Shown here in pieces: positions 47,801-56,653 of a stretch of 64,000 bases of DNA (positions within the stretch are counted from its first letter, which is position 1; each line of letters opens with the position of its first letter). Origin of the DNA: an uncultured virus (IMG/VR IMGVR_UViG_3300021961_008224) (Duplodnaviria > Heunggongvirae > Uroviricota > Caudoviricetes); the IMG/VR virus record IMGVR_UViG_3300021961_008224; one strand, written 5' to 3'. A program made the translations under genes and the position numbers. Below the pieces are notes generated by a model that saw nothing but the letters and a program-made list of their open reading frames with translations, did not search any database and had not been told where the DNA came from.

Positions 47801-48452
47801 ATCAACCCCAACATCAACACCTACACCGACACCGACACCGACACCTAATTTAGACGGTTTTGATTACACTGATTTTTCATCAATTTCAGGACTTGAATTA
47901 GTTGGTCCTTATGTTGAACAAACATCAAACGAAATTTATTTAACATCACCAACAGTTGCGTCGACAGGTAACCTTTATAGGTCAACCTCGGTTAGATATG
48001 ATAGAGATTTTTCACTTGAGTGGAAATCATATATAGGAGGAGGAACAGGTGCTGACGGATATTGTATCCAATGGACAACAACCAACAATACTAACGGTTC
48101 TGGAGGTGGAGGAATTGGTTTAATTACGGAGTCTAGTACAATAAATGCGATAGGGTTTTATACGTATACAGTTAATAATTTCAGATGGTTTAAGAATAAT
48201 GTTTTACAATCAACAGATTCTGTTAGTTCAGGGTACTTTAGACAAGTATTATATTTTTGGGCGGATTATACTCATTCAACCCAAACACTTAATTTATACT
48301 TTAATACCACGAACACTAAACCTGGTACGCCAAATAAACAATACAATGGATTTGCGTTTGACTCGACACCTTATTACATAGGTTTTGGTGCCGCCACAGG
48401 TGGGGCTCAAGATTATCACAATATTGTGTCTTGGAAATTGACTTTCGTATAA
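44886..48452 (+). CDS. large putative virion fibre/receptor-binding protein: LamG-like region, mucin-like Thr/Pro linkers, C-terminal legume-lectin-like domain
   Basis: VYVNG...F.GGISQFRMY..PLS..EV (LamG-like); T and PT repeats; C-terminal GADGYC...YIGFGAATGG..DYHNIVSW (L-type lectin-like). Confidence 0.75.
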   Translation: MAYQNINQYNFKKWYLLNKSEIQDFSLSSDERDYKEEVVFSPKLIAEDDGNRLPFSFDLDNPSNSELFVLNYNAYNPFNNLISSNYYNPNNNDLTCYSSQTICDIGLTGIDNGLVEQMTGVTITATEGLLSDSQKFDRLSFDRRLKLHQVTGYTASPNIRFSGLQKDISYNVVSKISPKIGVYHELYGGFYQGFYKLFGYDYTLYPERVNKGWSVEVLLKPRFIDEFNPPAYQTTLNNFYPNNKDIFFYLGTRAENKFYHRADGNPISDSGYTRVTESLTCLKTCACSSTAITNSNCIQVYQPTQESVSHNIDCECGCLETPEIINPDKDPKLDDLSNAIAFKLCGDPHNPQIGVRILRFTGDCVTTGTCSTTGVTYQTGYTVDNLCTPKGIYDFCQEVNPAFLQQEHWVQLDLVWERYTWFDTCDLWYKGGLGLISEDPYLFSLVNESVRLIEPKSDVGPDIDKRIEVVRLNERWLIEKEYRKGRIKVYVNGRIFHTFEDIEEIIPRALDTEKERQVGVPYNVSWGGGTQGLHNNLTFTGCPESLSGLVYQQDPECLPNNILSGTSLSGLTTNILLEQNFAGSFDGGISQFRMYTEPLSADEVKHNFLLLKDKFELFDFDCPNCAVIIPITTTTTTINPITTTTTTINPITTTTTTIIPITTTTTTFYHTPTPTVTPTPTPTITQTPTVTPTQTPTVTPTPTPTITQTPTVTPTPTQVQNCFLLQENGFYILQENGGRLIIECNTPIPVNDFNYLIIPDNDLNYITIPDGDFNYTIIPNNDINYALIPNGDFNFKVIPSNDITYNLIPINDIISKIIPNNDLSYEILSCTGKTFNLVVLPYQPPSNGNIIFPNFIDGGVATLDPNTFTLGGVYWNEIDRNGNNSYPYFENLQNPFVLTFAQGNRYVVYSGYSGSISYEFGMFFNNGNSGPEPQPQLTLIIPSIGNFNLSEPVCISYYNIDVPLPTSTPTPTSTPTSTPTPTPTPTPNLDGFDYTDFSSISGLELVGPYVEQTSNEIYLTSPTVASTGNLYRSTSVRYDRDFSLEWKSYIGGGTGADGYCIQWTTTNNTNGSGGGGIGLITESSTINAIGFYTYTVNNFRWFKNNVLQSTDSVSSGYFRQVLYFWADYTHSTQTLNLYFNTTNTKPGTPNKQYNGFAFDSTPYYIGFGAATGGAQDYHNIVSWKLTFV
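46766..47040 (+). repeat. coding repeats: four 30-bp units (I-x-P-I-T6) followed by TPTPT/TQTPT repeats
   Basis: CCCTATTACTACGACAACTACAACAATAAA-type units read directly from the sequence. Confidence 0.9.
47124..47363 (+). repeat. eight 10-aa repeats x-I-P-x-[NG]-D-[FLI]-x-Y-x
   Basis: PIPVNDFNYL, IIPDNDLNYI, TIPDGDFNYT, IIPNNDINYA, LIPNGDFNFK, VIPSNDITYN, LIPINDIISK, IIPNNDLSYE. Confidence 0.88.
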
Positions 48453-48493
48453 AATAAACAAAAAATAAAAGATATTTATAAAATAAAAAAATT

Positions 48494-50542
48494 ATGGCAA
48501 TAGGAGCAAGAATATTAAGTGATAATTTAAGTGGTAAAACCGCAACTGTCACATTTACGCCAGTCACTGGTACAACTTCAGGTGACACTCAAAATCTTGG
48601 GGAAAAAACAATTCCTTTTAATAACATTACATCACATCCATATGGTTATTATAACTTAAATGTGATTGAATATGATTACACATATACTTTATTTATTGAA
48701 GAACCAATAACAGAAAAAGAATTATTTGTATTAGTATCTCAAATAATTGATTCTAATAATTATGGTGTTGTTACAATGAACGCAACTGATTTCACTGCAG
48801 AAATAATTGATTTCGGTATTGATGCAACATATTGGGCTATAAATAACATATACCCATCAACAGAGTTAGGATTTATGTATGAATTTGAGGGTAGAGGTGA
48901 TTATCAAGAAAAGTATGTAATCTTTACAGACTCATCTAATCAGGTAATTGGTACCTATAGTGCAACTACAAGTAATCGTGATATGGACACTCTTGAGGGT
49001 AGATGGTTGTCTTATGAAGATATTAGTAATGGTGTTTTAAAAGTTTCTAACGGAACTGTAGTATTAACACTTGAGTGGGACCCTAGTCTATACTATGTTG
49101 ATATTGAATGGGATTGGGATGCAACAAATAAAGAAAAATCTATAGTAATTGGAAAACATACACTAGATAATAATGAAACAACTTATTATTTAGGTAAACA
49201 AGATGGTACTTTAACTGAGTTTTACGCTCTTGCCGAAAGTGGATATACCGTTAATTTTAAATTACAAGCGGAAACAACATTTATGGTGGGGGTTATATAC
49301 GATGAAGTTAATCAATATTACCAAGAATTTGATATCAGAGATGAAAATGGTGGTATAATTGGAGATTCTTATGTTTTAGACGGAGCGTCTTATAACAATA
49401 TGAATTATTATTTTTATGGTAATAATAAAATAGTTTTAATTTTTTGGGATGGTAATAATACTACCGTTGATTATAAAATTTATCATTTTGATGGTAACAC
49501 TAATACAATGACTATTGATTATCATAACAGAGAATTTTTTGATAATTTTTCAGTAAATAGTAACAGTATATTTTGGCCTGACGATAATATTTCTGATAAT
49601 ATTGTTATGATTTTTTATCAATACAATGGTTGGAATAATATTGGTACAGTAACTTCAAACTGTGATATTGTTTATATGTTGAGCGGAGATAGTGGATTTA
49701 CTACATATAATTATGCAAACACCAGTAAATCCATTAGTCCTTGGGGGTATATAACTGATGATGGTTGGTATACTGTTGGAACTGACGAATCAGGTTATCT
49801 AAATTTGATATCACTTAATTCCACAAATGGAATTACATTAACAAATACAAATTTATTAATAACTGACGTTAATTATTGGAATTACGATTCGGTTGAGAAT
49901 AATTTTTATAGTTCAATTTTCACTACTACGGGAGATGTTTATTTTGGGTATTATAACTCGTCAGGTGTTTTACTTGATAACTTATTTTATTCAGGTAGTC
50001 CTAGTGTAGATTATTATACAACAAGAGGTACCTTGTATTTAAAAGTAAACCAAGATTCATTTTATATTAATAATACGACAACTGAGTTTACAACAATTAA
50101 TTCATACCCTAACATTTATTACCCTAATTGGTATTTCTCAAATACCTTTTTAGACCCAAACCAATTATTTTTATACGACCCTAACACGAGATATGGTAGA
50201 TTCTTAATGGCAGATTCTATAGGTACTGAATTTTTACTACCTGAAAATCAAGATTATAGAATTGAGATTGGTAAAGATAAATTATTATTCGTTTATCAAC
50301 AAGTTGAGACTTCATTAATTATTATTAATCTTTATGATTTTAATGGAAATCTACTAAATAGTTATGATACTGAATTTACTAGTTGGATTTATGTTGAAGC
50401 TCTTAAAGATAGATACATAGTGACTTTCCAAAATTCACCAATTAGAACTGTGATTATGATAAATGAGGATTCAGTATTAATAGAACAAATAACCGATTTA
50501 GATAATTATGATTCTATAAATGACATCGTTTGGTGGGATTAA
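48494..50542 (+). CDS. acidic, aromatic-rich, beta-rich putative virion protein
   Basis: 682 aa; TATTTATA at 48473-48480; located in the fibre region. Confidence 0.7.
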   Translation: MAIGARILSDNLSGKTATVTFTPVTGTTSGDTQNLGEKTIPFNNITSHPYGYYNLNVIEYDYTYTLFIEEPITEKELFVLVSQIIDSNNYGVVTMNATDFTAEIIDFGIDATYWAINNIYPSTELGFMYEFEGRGDYQEKYVIFTDSSNQVIGTYSATTSNRDMDTLEGRWLSYEDISNGVLKVSNGTVVLTLEWDPSLYYVDIEWDWDATNKEKSIVIGKHTLDNNETTYYLGKQDGTLTEFYALAESGYTVNFKLQAETTFMVGVIYDEVNQYYQEFDIRDENGGIIGDSYVLDGASYNNMNYYFYGNNKIVLIFWDGNNTTVDYKIYHFDGNTNTMTIDYHNREFFDNFSVNSNSIFWPDDNISDNIVMIFYQYNGWNNIGTVTSNCDIVYMLSGDSGFTTYNYANTSKSISPWGYITDDGWYTVGTDESGYLNLISLNSTNGITLTNTNLLITDVNYWNYDSVENNFYSSIFTTTGDVYFGYYNSSGVLLDNLFYSGSPSVDYYTTRGTLYLKVNQDSFYINNTTTEFTTINSYPNIYYPNWYFSNTFLDPNQLFLYDPNTRYGRFLMADSIGTEFLLPENQDYRIEIGKDKLLFVYQQVETSLIIINLYDFNGNLLNSYDTEFTSWIYVEALKDRYIVTFQNSPIRTVIMINEDSVLIEQITDLDNYDSINDIVWWD

Positions 50543-50564
50543 TAAAAATTAAAAAAACAAAAAT

Positions 50565-50810
50565 ATGAGAAGTGTAAACATAGATGTAAAAGTAATGAAA
50601 TCTGAAAAAAAGATTTTATTCAGACAAGAAAATAGAATAACCATTTCTGAAGGATTAACAATATTAGATGTTAAGAATTTAATTAAAACAGAATTAAATT
50701 TACCATTTGAAATAATCTCAGAAGAATTTTACTTTGGAAACAATAAAATTGAAGACACTGATTTAACACCAAATAAATCAGGTTTAGAATACATAATAAC
50801 AGTTAAATAA
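50565..50810 (+). CDS. small protein, possible ubiquitin-like (beta-grasp) fold
   Basis: TILDVKNLIKTELNLP...FYFGNNKIED resembles ubiquitin TIENVKAKIQDKEGIP...IFAGKQLED; no C-terminal GG. Confidence 0.5.
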   Translation: MRSVNIDVKVMKSEKKILFRQENRITISEGLTILDVKNLIKTELNLPFEIISEEFYFGNNKIEDTDLTPNKSGLEYIITVK

Positions 50811-50818
50811 TTTAAAAT

Positions 50819-52333
50819 ATGTCAGATTCTCCAATATCGTTATTACCAAGAGCAACCACAGGATACTCAGACTCCTTAATGGTTATCGTAAACTACAATA
50901 CAGTAAGTTCAGGACAGACTGAATCAATACCTTTTTCTGCGGTAACAAGAAATGGTGATAATGGGACATCAGGAACAAGTGGTTTAAGTGGGACATCAGG
51001 TAGTTCGGGAGAATCGGGTACGTCTGGTATTGACGGTTCAAGTGGTACTTCAGGTGTTGATGGAACTAGTGGTTCTTCAGGAACTGATGGTTCATCGGGA
51101 GTTAATGGGGTGTCTAGCGGACAGGTTTTATTTTTTAATACTCAAAACACCCAATCACCTTATTTTGAAATTTCACCAGTTGCTGATAATTTTTCAGAAA
51201 CAGGAATAACCGTAAGTGTTTCCGCACAAACAGAAGGTGTTATTGCTGAATATCAAACACCTGTAGACTATCCTGGTATTAGTGTATTACCACCAGGTGT
51301 TTGGACATTTAATTTACACGCGTATAAACAAAATCAAAATTCGGTTTTTGAAATATATTGTAAAGTTTATAAAAGAGATAGTGGCGGGACCGAAACGTTT
51401 TTATTTAGTTCTGACCCCGTACCTGTTACTACAAATTCACCTAATGTTGCGATGTATGTTAGTGATATATATCAGTCAGGTAGTACTTTAGATATTACAG
51501 ATAGGATAGTTGTAAAAGTAATAGGTAAGAATAATAATCAATTTAATCAGACTCATTCTTTAACATTTGTTACTGAAGGGATTAGTCATTATTCATTCGT
51601 AACAACAACCTTATATTATTTAGGTGGAACATCAGGTTCTTCAGGAACATCAGGTTCTTCAGGAACAAGTAATGGGTCTTCAGGTACTAGTGGTAGTTCA
51701 GGAGAATCAGGAACATCAGGTACTAGTGGTAGTTCAGGTGAATCAGGAACATCAGGTACTAGTGGTAGTTCAGGGGTTAATGGAACATCAGGAACATCAG
51801 CTCCCGCGGCTCCCTTCCCAACAGTTTATGGATTATTCTCACAAACAGGTAATAGTATTGTAGTAAGTGCGACTACCGTAGAATCAACATTGATTGATGG
51901 GGGTGTTGGGACATTAACTGTAGGTCCAAATCAATTTCAAATTGGTGATAGTTTTAGAGCTGATTTTGGCGGTTTATTATCTTCAAAAAATGCGGACACC
52001 ATACGAATAAGGGTCAAATCTGGCTCGGTTGTTTTGGCTGATAGTGGACCTCAAACTATGAATGCAGCAACAAATGACGTGTGGCAATTCTCAGTTAATT
52101 TCACTATAAGAGCAACAGGTTCTGCAGGGATTGCATCTATCGTTTCTCTTGGGGTATTTCATACTACAAAACAATCTAATGGGGCACCAGAAGGATTCGC
52201 CTTCAATACTGTTAATAATACAACTTTTGATACTACAGTATCAAACACTTTAAATGCGACCGTTGAATTTAGTAGTAACAGTGCGTCAAACGCAATATAC
52301 TCGGATATATTTGTATTAAATAAGATTTATTAA
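50819..52333 (+). CDS. collagen-like (Gly-X-Ser rich) putative fibre protein
   Basis: Two G-X-Y tracts (GTSGSSGES...), each followed by a beta-rich globular domain; N-terminal ISLLP fibre-like motif. Confidence 0.75.
   Translation: MSDSPISLLPRATTGYSDSLMVIVNYNTVSSGQTESIPFSAVTRNGDNGTSGTSGLSGTSGSSGESGTSGIDGSSGTSGVDGTSGSSGTDGSSGVNGVSSGQVLFFNTQNTQSPYFEISPVADNFSETGITVSVSAQTEGVIAEYQTPVDYPGISVLPPGVWTFNLHAYKQNQNSVFEIYCKVYKRDSGGTETFLFSSDPVPVTTNSPNVAMYVSDIYQSGSTLDITDRIVVKVIGKNNNQFNQTHSLTFVTEGISHYSFVTTTLYYLGGTSGSSGTSGSSGTSNGSSGTSGSSGESGTSGTSGSSGESGTSGTSGSSGVNGTSGTSAPAAPFPTVYGLFSQTGNSIVVSATTVESTLIDGGVGTLTVGPNQFQIGDSFRADFGGLLSSKNADTIRIRVKSGSVVLADSGPQTMNAATNDVWQFSVNFTIRATGSAGIASIVSLGVFHTTKQSNGAPEGFAFNTVNNTTFDTTVSNTLNATVEFSSNSASNAIYSDIFVLNKIY
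50955..51121 (+). repeat. Gly-X-Y tract 1
   Basis: GDNGTSGTSGLSGTSGSSGESGTSGIDGSSGTSGVDGTSGSSGTDGSSGVNGVS. Confidence 0.85.
51626..51800 (+). repeat. Gly-X-Y tract 2 with three ~36-bp DNA repeat units
   Basis: TCAGGTACTAGTGGTAGTTCAGGWGAATCAGGAACA-type units. Confidence 0.85.
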
Positions 52334-52354
52334 TTTTTTAAACAAATTCAAATC

Positions 52355-52384
52355 AATCCCTCAGTATATCTTGAGGGATTTTTT
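52355..52384 (+). terminator. intrinsic terminator
   Basis: AATCCCTCA-GTATATCT-TGAGGGATTTTTT. Confidence 0.82.
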
Positions 52385-52433
52385 ATTTATATTACTCCTT
52401 TATTTCCTATATTTTAGTATCTAAAATACTAAT

Positions 52434-53684
52434 ATGAAAATTTTTATTCAAATCGCCTCTTATCGAGACCCTCAGTTAATACCAACAATCAAAGACGCTA
52501 TCGATAAAGCTAAGAACCCAAAAAATTTAGTTTTTTCAATTGCAAGACAATTTCATCCTGAAGATAAATTTGACGATTTATCTGAATATGAGAACGATGA
52601 TAGATTTAGAATTTTAAACATACCATATGAAGAATCTAAAGGAGTTTGTTGGGCAAGACACTTAACACAACAATTATATCAGGAAGAAGACTATACAATG
52701 CAAATCGATTCCCATATGAGATTCGAGAAGAATTGGGATAAGACTTTGATAGATATGATTAAAGGTTTACAAAAAAAAGGTTATAAGAAACCATTATTAA
52801 CAGGTTACGTTTCTTCATTTGACCCTGAGAATGACCCTAAGGGTCGAGTCACAGTTCCGTGGAGAATGGCGTTCGATAGGTTCATTCCTGAAGGTGCGGT
52901 ATTCTTTTTACCTGAAACAATACCAGGATGGCAAAACTTAACAGAACCGATAACTTCAAGGTTTTATTCTGCACACTTCGCCTTTACATTAGGACAGTTT
53001 TCTAAAGAAGTCCAACACGACCCTGAATTTTATTTTCACGGTGAAGAAATTTCAATTGCTGCTAGAGCGTATACTCACGGATATGATTTATTTCATCCAC
53101 ACAAAGTTGTTGTATGGCACGAATATACTCGTAAGGGAAGAACCAAACAATGGGATGATGACAAAACTTGGGGTGAAAAAAATTCAAGAGCCCACGCAAA
53201 AAATAGACGATTATTTAGTATGGATGGTGAGGTATTTGACCCTGAGGAATTTGGTATTTTTGGTTTCGGAACTGAAAGAACACTTAGAGATTATGAAAAG
53301 TATTCTGGTCTTCTTTTTAGTAAAAGGTCGGTACAACAATATACCTTAGATAAAAAATACCCACCAAACCCTAACCCTTACAAAAATGACGAAGAATGGA
53401 TGAGTAGTTTCTCGTCAATTTTTAAACACTGTATAGATGTGTCATTTAACCAAGTACCTGAAAACGATTATGAATTTTGGGCGGTAATTTTTGAAAGAGA
53501 GGGTGGTCAAGAATTATTCAGAAAAGATGCCGATAAAAACGAGATTGCAAGACTTAAATCTGATAGAGACGGTTATTGTAAGATTTGGAGAGAGTTTCAA
53601 ACCGCAGAAAAACCATCAAAATGGGTTGTTTGGCCGTATTCAACATCTAAAGGATGGTGTGATAAACTAGAAGGTAAATTATGA
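52434..53684 (+). CDS. GT60-like polypeptide alpha-GlcNAc transferase (Dictyostelium Gnt1 / trypanosome OGNT family)
   Basis: IFIQIASYRD, GVCWAR, QIDSHMRF (DxH), FHGEE...AR..THGYD and WHEY motifs. Confidence 0.8.
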   Translation: MKIFIQIASYRDPQLIPTIKDAIDKAKNPKNLVFSIARQFHPEDKFDDLSEYENDDRFRILNIPYEESKGVCWARHLTQQLYQEEDYTMQIDSHMRFEKNWDKTLIDMIKGLQKKGYKKPLLTGYVSSFDPENDPKGRVTVPWRMAFDRFIPEGAVFFLPETIPGWQNLTEPITSRFYSAHFAFTLGQFSKEVQHDPEFYFHGEEISIAARAYTHGYDLFHPHKVVVWHEYTRKGRTKQWDDDKTWGEKNSRAHAKNRRLFSMDGEVFDPEEFGIFGFGTERTLRDYEKYSGLLFSKRSVQQYTLDKKYPPNPNPYKNDEEWMSSFSSIFKHCIDVSFNQVPENDYEFWAVIFEREGGQELFRKDADKNEIARLKSDRDGYCKIWREFQTAEKPSKWVVWPYSTSKGWCDKLEGKL

Positions 53685-54253
53685 ATTTAATCGTTGTAAT
53701 ATGTCATTTTAAAGAAAGTTTAGAATGGGTTAGTGAGTTAAAACACAATTACGTGATTTACAATAAAAACCCCGAAAACAATCATAAGTTTGAGAATAAC
53801 TTACCAAATGTGGGATTTGATACTATAGTGTATTTAACCTACATTATTGATAATTATAATAATCTACCTGATTTTGTTTGTTTTTCCCAAGACAATCCAT
53901 TTTATCATTGTAACTCATTTATTGAAAAGGTTAATGGATTTGATTTTAAAAAGGAATTTTTACCGTTAGGTAAGACTTATATTAGAGATAATAAAGACAT
54001 TCTAAAACAAACAATTGAATATGCAAAAAATACTGGAATACCATATAGTGAACCAATTAAATTTATTAATTCAGCCCAATCAATAGTTTCAAAAGATTTA
54101 ATATTAAAAAATCCAATAGAGTTTTATGAGAGAGTTAGAGATACTCTACCTAAGACCGAAAAAATAAATTATATCAATTACCTCGTGGAATATTTATGGC
54201 CAACAATCCTTAATTTTAACGATAAATTGATTATTAGTAACAATAATTGTTAA
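53681..54253 (+). CDS. DUF3431-like putative glycosyltransferase or accessory protein
   Basis: VICHFKESLEW, LPNVG..YL.YIIDNY..LP, F.Q..PF.H and EYLW motifs. Confidence 0.65.
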   Translation: MNLIVVICHFKESLEWVSELKHNYVIYNKNPENNHKFENNLPNVGFDTIVYLTYIIDNYNNLPDFVCFSQDNPFYHCNSFIEKVNGFDFKKEFLPLGKTYIRDNKDILKQTIEYAKNTGIPYSEPIKFINSAQSIVSKDLILKNPIEFYERVRDTLPKTEKINYINYLVEYLWPTILNFNDKLIISNNNC

Positions 54254-54254
54254 T

Positions 54255-55070
54255 ATGAAAAAAGCATTATTAGGTGTTTCAAACAACATAAGTCAACATA
54301 TCTCAAAAATTAAAGTATGGTCAGATAGTTTTAAAAAATTTGTCGATGGGGACGTTATTTTATTATGTACTAACTCAACCGAAGATGAGTTAAAAAAGTG
54401 TGAGGATATGGGTATTATACCAATACCTGTTAATATTCAGGATACTTGGAGAATAAATCATAAACGTCTTGAAAGAACTTTTGAATTTTTAGAGAATTCT
54501 GATATCGAATTATTTTTAATAACCGATGTTTTTGATGTTGTTTTTCAATCAAATCCATTTGATAAAATGGATTTAAACTATGATGTGTTTGTTGGTGGTG
54601 AAGGTGTATTAGTAAGTGAAGAACCTTGGAATTCGGATTGGATTAACAAACTATTTCCTAATGACTATAATGATTGTAGAAACCAAGAAGTAATATGTTC
54701 TGGAGTTATTGGAGGTAAAAGATTACCGTTAATAAAATTATATAAAAGAATGTTTGAATTATGCGAAAATAGTACAAATCTTACAAACATTCAAGACCAA
54801 GCAGCGTTAATCGTTATGGTTAAAAATAAAGAGATTGAAAAATTAAAGATTTTTAATCTAACGGATGGATGGGTAGTTCACTGTGCAATTGCGGGACCAA
54901 CGCAATTTTTTGAAAGTTTTGGGTTTAAGGGTAACATTGAAAACAGGTACGGAATACCTCAATTAATTACTGATAAAATATGTACAAAAAGTGGTAACCC
55001 ATATGATATAGTACACCAATTTAATAGAATACCTAAATGGAATGAACTTTTAACTAAAAAATATGAATAA
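54255..55070 (+). CDS. putative GT-A glycosyltransferase
   Basis: ITDVFDVVFQ.NPF, CSGVIGG, DQAAL and IVHQFNR motifs. Confidence 0.7.
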   Translation: MKKALLGVSNNISQHISKIKVWSDSFKKFVDGDVILLCTNSTEDELKKCEDMGIIPIPVNIQDTWRINHKRLERTFEFLENSDIELFLITDVFDVVFQSNPFDKMDLNYDVFVGGEGVLVSEEPWNSDWINKLFPNDYNDCRNQEVICSGVIGGKRLPLIKLYKRMFELCENSTNLTNIQDQAALIVMVKNKEIEKLKIFNLTDGWVVHCAIAGPTQFFESFGFKGNIENRYGIPQLITDKICTKSGNPYDIVHQFNRIPKWNELLTKKYE

Positions 55071-55818
55071 TATACATTGTATTTGTACAACACCTGATGT
55101 TTTTCAAAGTTATGTTAATAACTGGGAAAACTTCCCAAAAGATAAAAAAGAAATGGTTTGGTTATCTGATATTACAAAAGACCCGTCATTTGATGTGGGG
55201 TTTAAGTTTACAGAACAAGACATTCGAGATGAGTTTAATTTTAATATTAACGTTAGTAAACATCATTATTGGAATTCGTATGGTAATCGAAATATTGTTT
55301 GGTTTTTTGCTCATTTAAGAATGTTATATTTTTATGTTAAAAATCCAAATTACGACTTTTATTGGTTTTTTGATGATGATATTAAAATGAAAAATTGGGA
55401 TGAATTTTTTATTAAAACTGATAGTGATGATTCTGATTTCTTATCATACTTTTGTTTTAAAAAAAATGGAGTAATTTCTCAAGAAAACGTCCCAACAATT
55501 GACAATAGAACTTTTTCAAAAAATAATTGGTTTGATAGATTTCCTGGTGACGGTGATTTATTACCTGAAAATACTAACGAGATGTTTGGGTCATTTTTTC
55601 CCACTACAAGATTTTCTAATAAAGCTCTTTCGAAATTATTAGAAATACACAATAATGGGTATTATGCTTATCACGAAGGATTTGTCCCAACAGTGTTAAA
55701 CAAATACGGTTATAAATTAAGTTCATTAATTAAACCAGATAATACTTCAAACTATTTTGATGTCAATAATGTAGACATCCAACATAAAAATATTAAAATA
55801 AATTGGGAATGGATATAA
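55063..55818 (+). CDS. putative GT-A glycosyltransferase
   Basis: YDFYWFFDDDI, RFSNKAL and EGFVPT motifs. Confidence 0.6.
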   Translation: MNNIHCICTTPDVFQSYVNNWENFPKDKKEMVWLSDITKDPSFDVGFKFTEQDIRDEFNFNINVSKHHYWNSYGNRNIVWFFAHLRMLYFYVKNPNYDFYWFFDDDIKMKNWDEFFIKTDSDDSDFLSYFCFKKNGVISQENVPTIDNRTFSKNNWFDRFPGDGDLLPENTNEMFGSFFPTTRFSNKALSKLLEIHNNGYYAYHEGFVPTVLNKYGYKLSSLIKPDNTSNYFDVNNVDIQHKNIKINWEWI

Positions 55819-56606
55819 ATAACCCTGTTATCGTAATGGCTCTATACGACATAGGTAGAGAAAATTGGAATAATTTTAGAATGTCTTATCACACCTACGG
55901 GTGGTGGATGAGAAATACGTTATCTTTAGATTGTAATATTGTAGTATATACCGAATCTAAATTTATTGATGATTTGACTAAATACCGTAAAGAATTTGAC
56001 CCTAACCTTGAAAAGACTGTATTTGTTGAACAACCGTTAAATGAATTACCTATGTATGAAAAGTATTATGAATCATTATCTTCTTTAATGAGTTCAGATT
56101 CATTTAAATCTAAAGTTGGGTTTCCTGATGTACCAGAAATGTGTCAACCTTTGTATAATATCATTATGTTCAACAAAGTATTTTTCCTTAAAGATACCGT
56201 GGAAAAAAGATATTTTAATAATGATATGGTTATATGGGCCGACGCTGGCGGTTTGAGAAACGATATTAGTTTATATCAAAACAAACAATGGCCTAATATG
56301 TCAAAAATTAAAAATTTAGACCATAATAAGATTACATTCTTCAGTCACAATCAAGACTTTAATGTTTCCAATAAAGAGTATCATAGTTTATCTCAAATTA
56401 GGAATATACAAGGAACTTGTTTTTTACTTCCATCCCACTTAATTAGTCCTTTATTGGAATTAGTTGTTGAGACAATTGACGAATCTATTAATAACGGTTA
56501 CATTGGTAGCGATGAAAAAATATTTGATATTTGTTATACCAGACAAAAAGATTTATTTTATTTAATAAAGTCGGATTGGAGAGAATATTTTGATATAATG
56601 TTATAA
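55803..56606 (+). CDS. HtrL/WlaTC-like putative glycosyltransferase
   Basis: VMALYDIGR..W, Y.IIMFNK.FF, IWADAG and GSDE motifs. Confidence 0.7.
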   Translation: MGMDINNPVIVMALYDIGRENWNNFRMSYHTYGWWMRNTLSLDCNIVVYTESKFIDDLTKYRKEFDPNLEKTVFVEQPLNELPMYEKYYESLSSLMSSDSFKSKVGFPDVPEMCQPLYNIIMFNKVFFLKDTVEKRYFNNDMVIWADAGGLRNDISLYQNKQWPNMSKIKNLDHNKITFFSHNQDFNVSNKEYHSLSQIRNIQGTCFLLPSHLISPLLELVVETIDESINNGYIGSDEKIFDICYTRQKDLFYLIKSDWREYFDIML

Positions 56607-56653
56607 CCCTGTAATTATTTAGAACAATTTGGTATTTATAATAAAAAACCTTG

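Noticed and set aside
7231..51800. Tandem repeats considered as possible CRISPR arrays
   Set aside because: All are in-frame coding repeats without unique spacers, and no cas genes are present.
50988..51863. Off-frame ORFs with EHQVLQ/VLVVVQ repeats
   Set aside because: They are frame-shifted readings of the Gly-Thr-Ser repeats. No slippery site or start context was identified.
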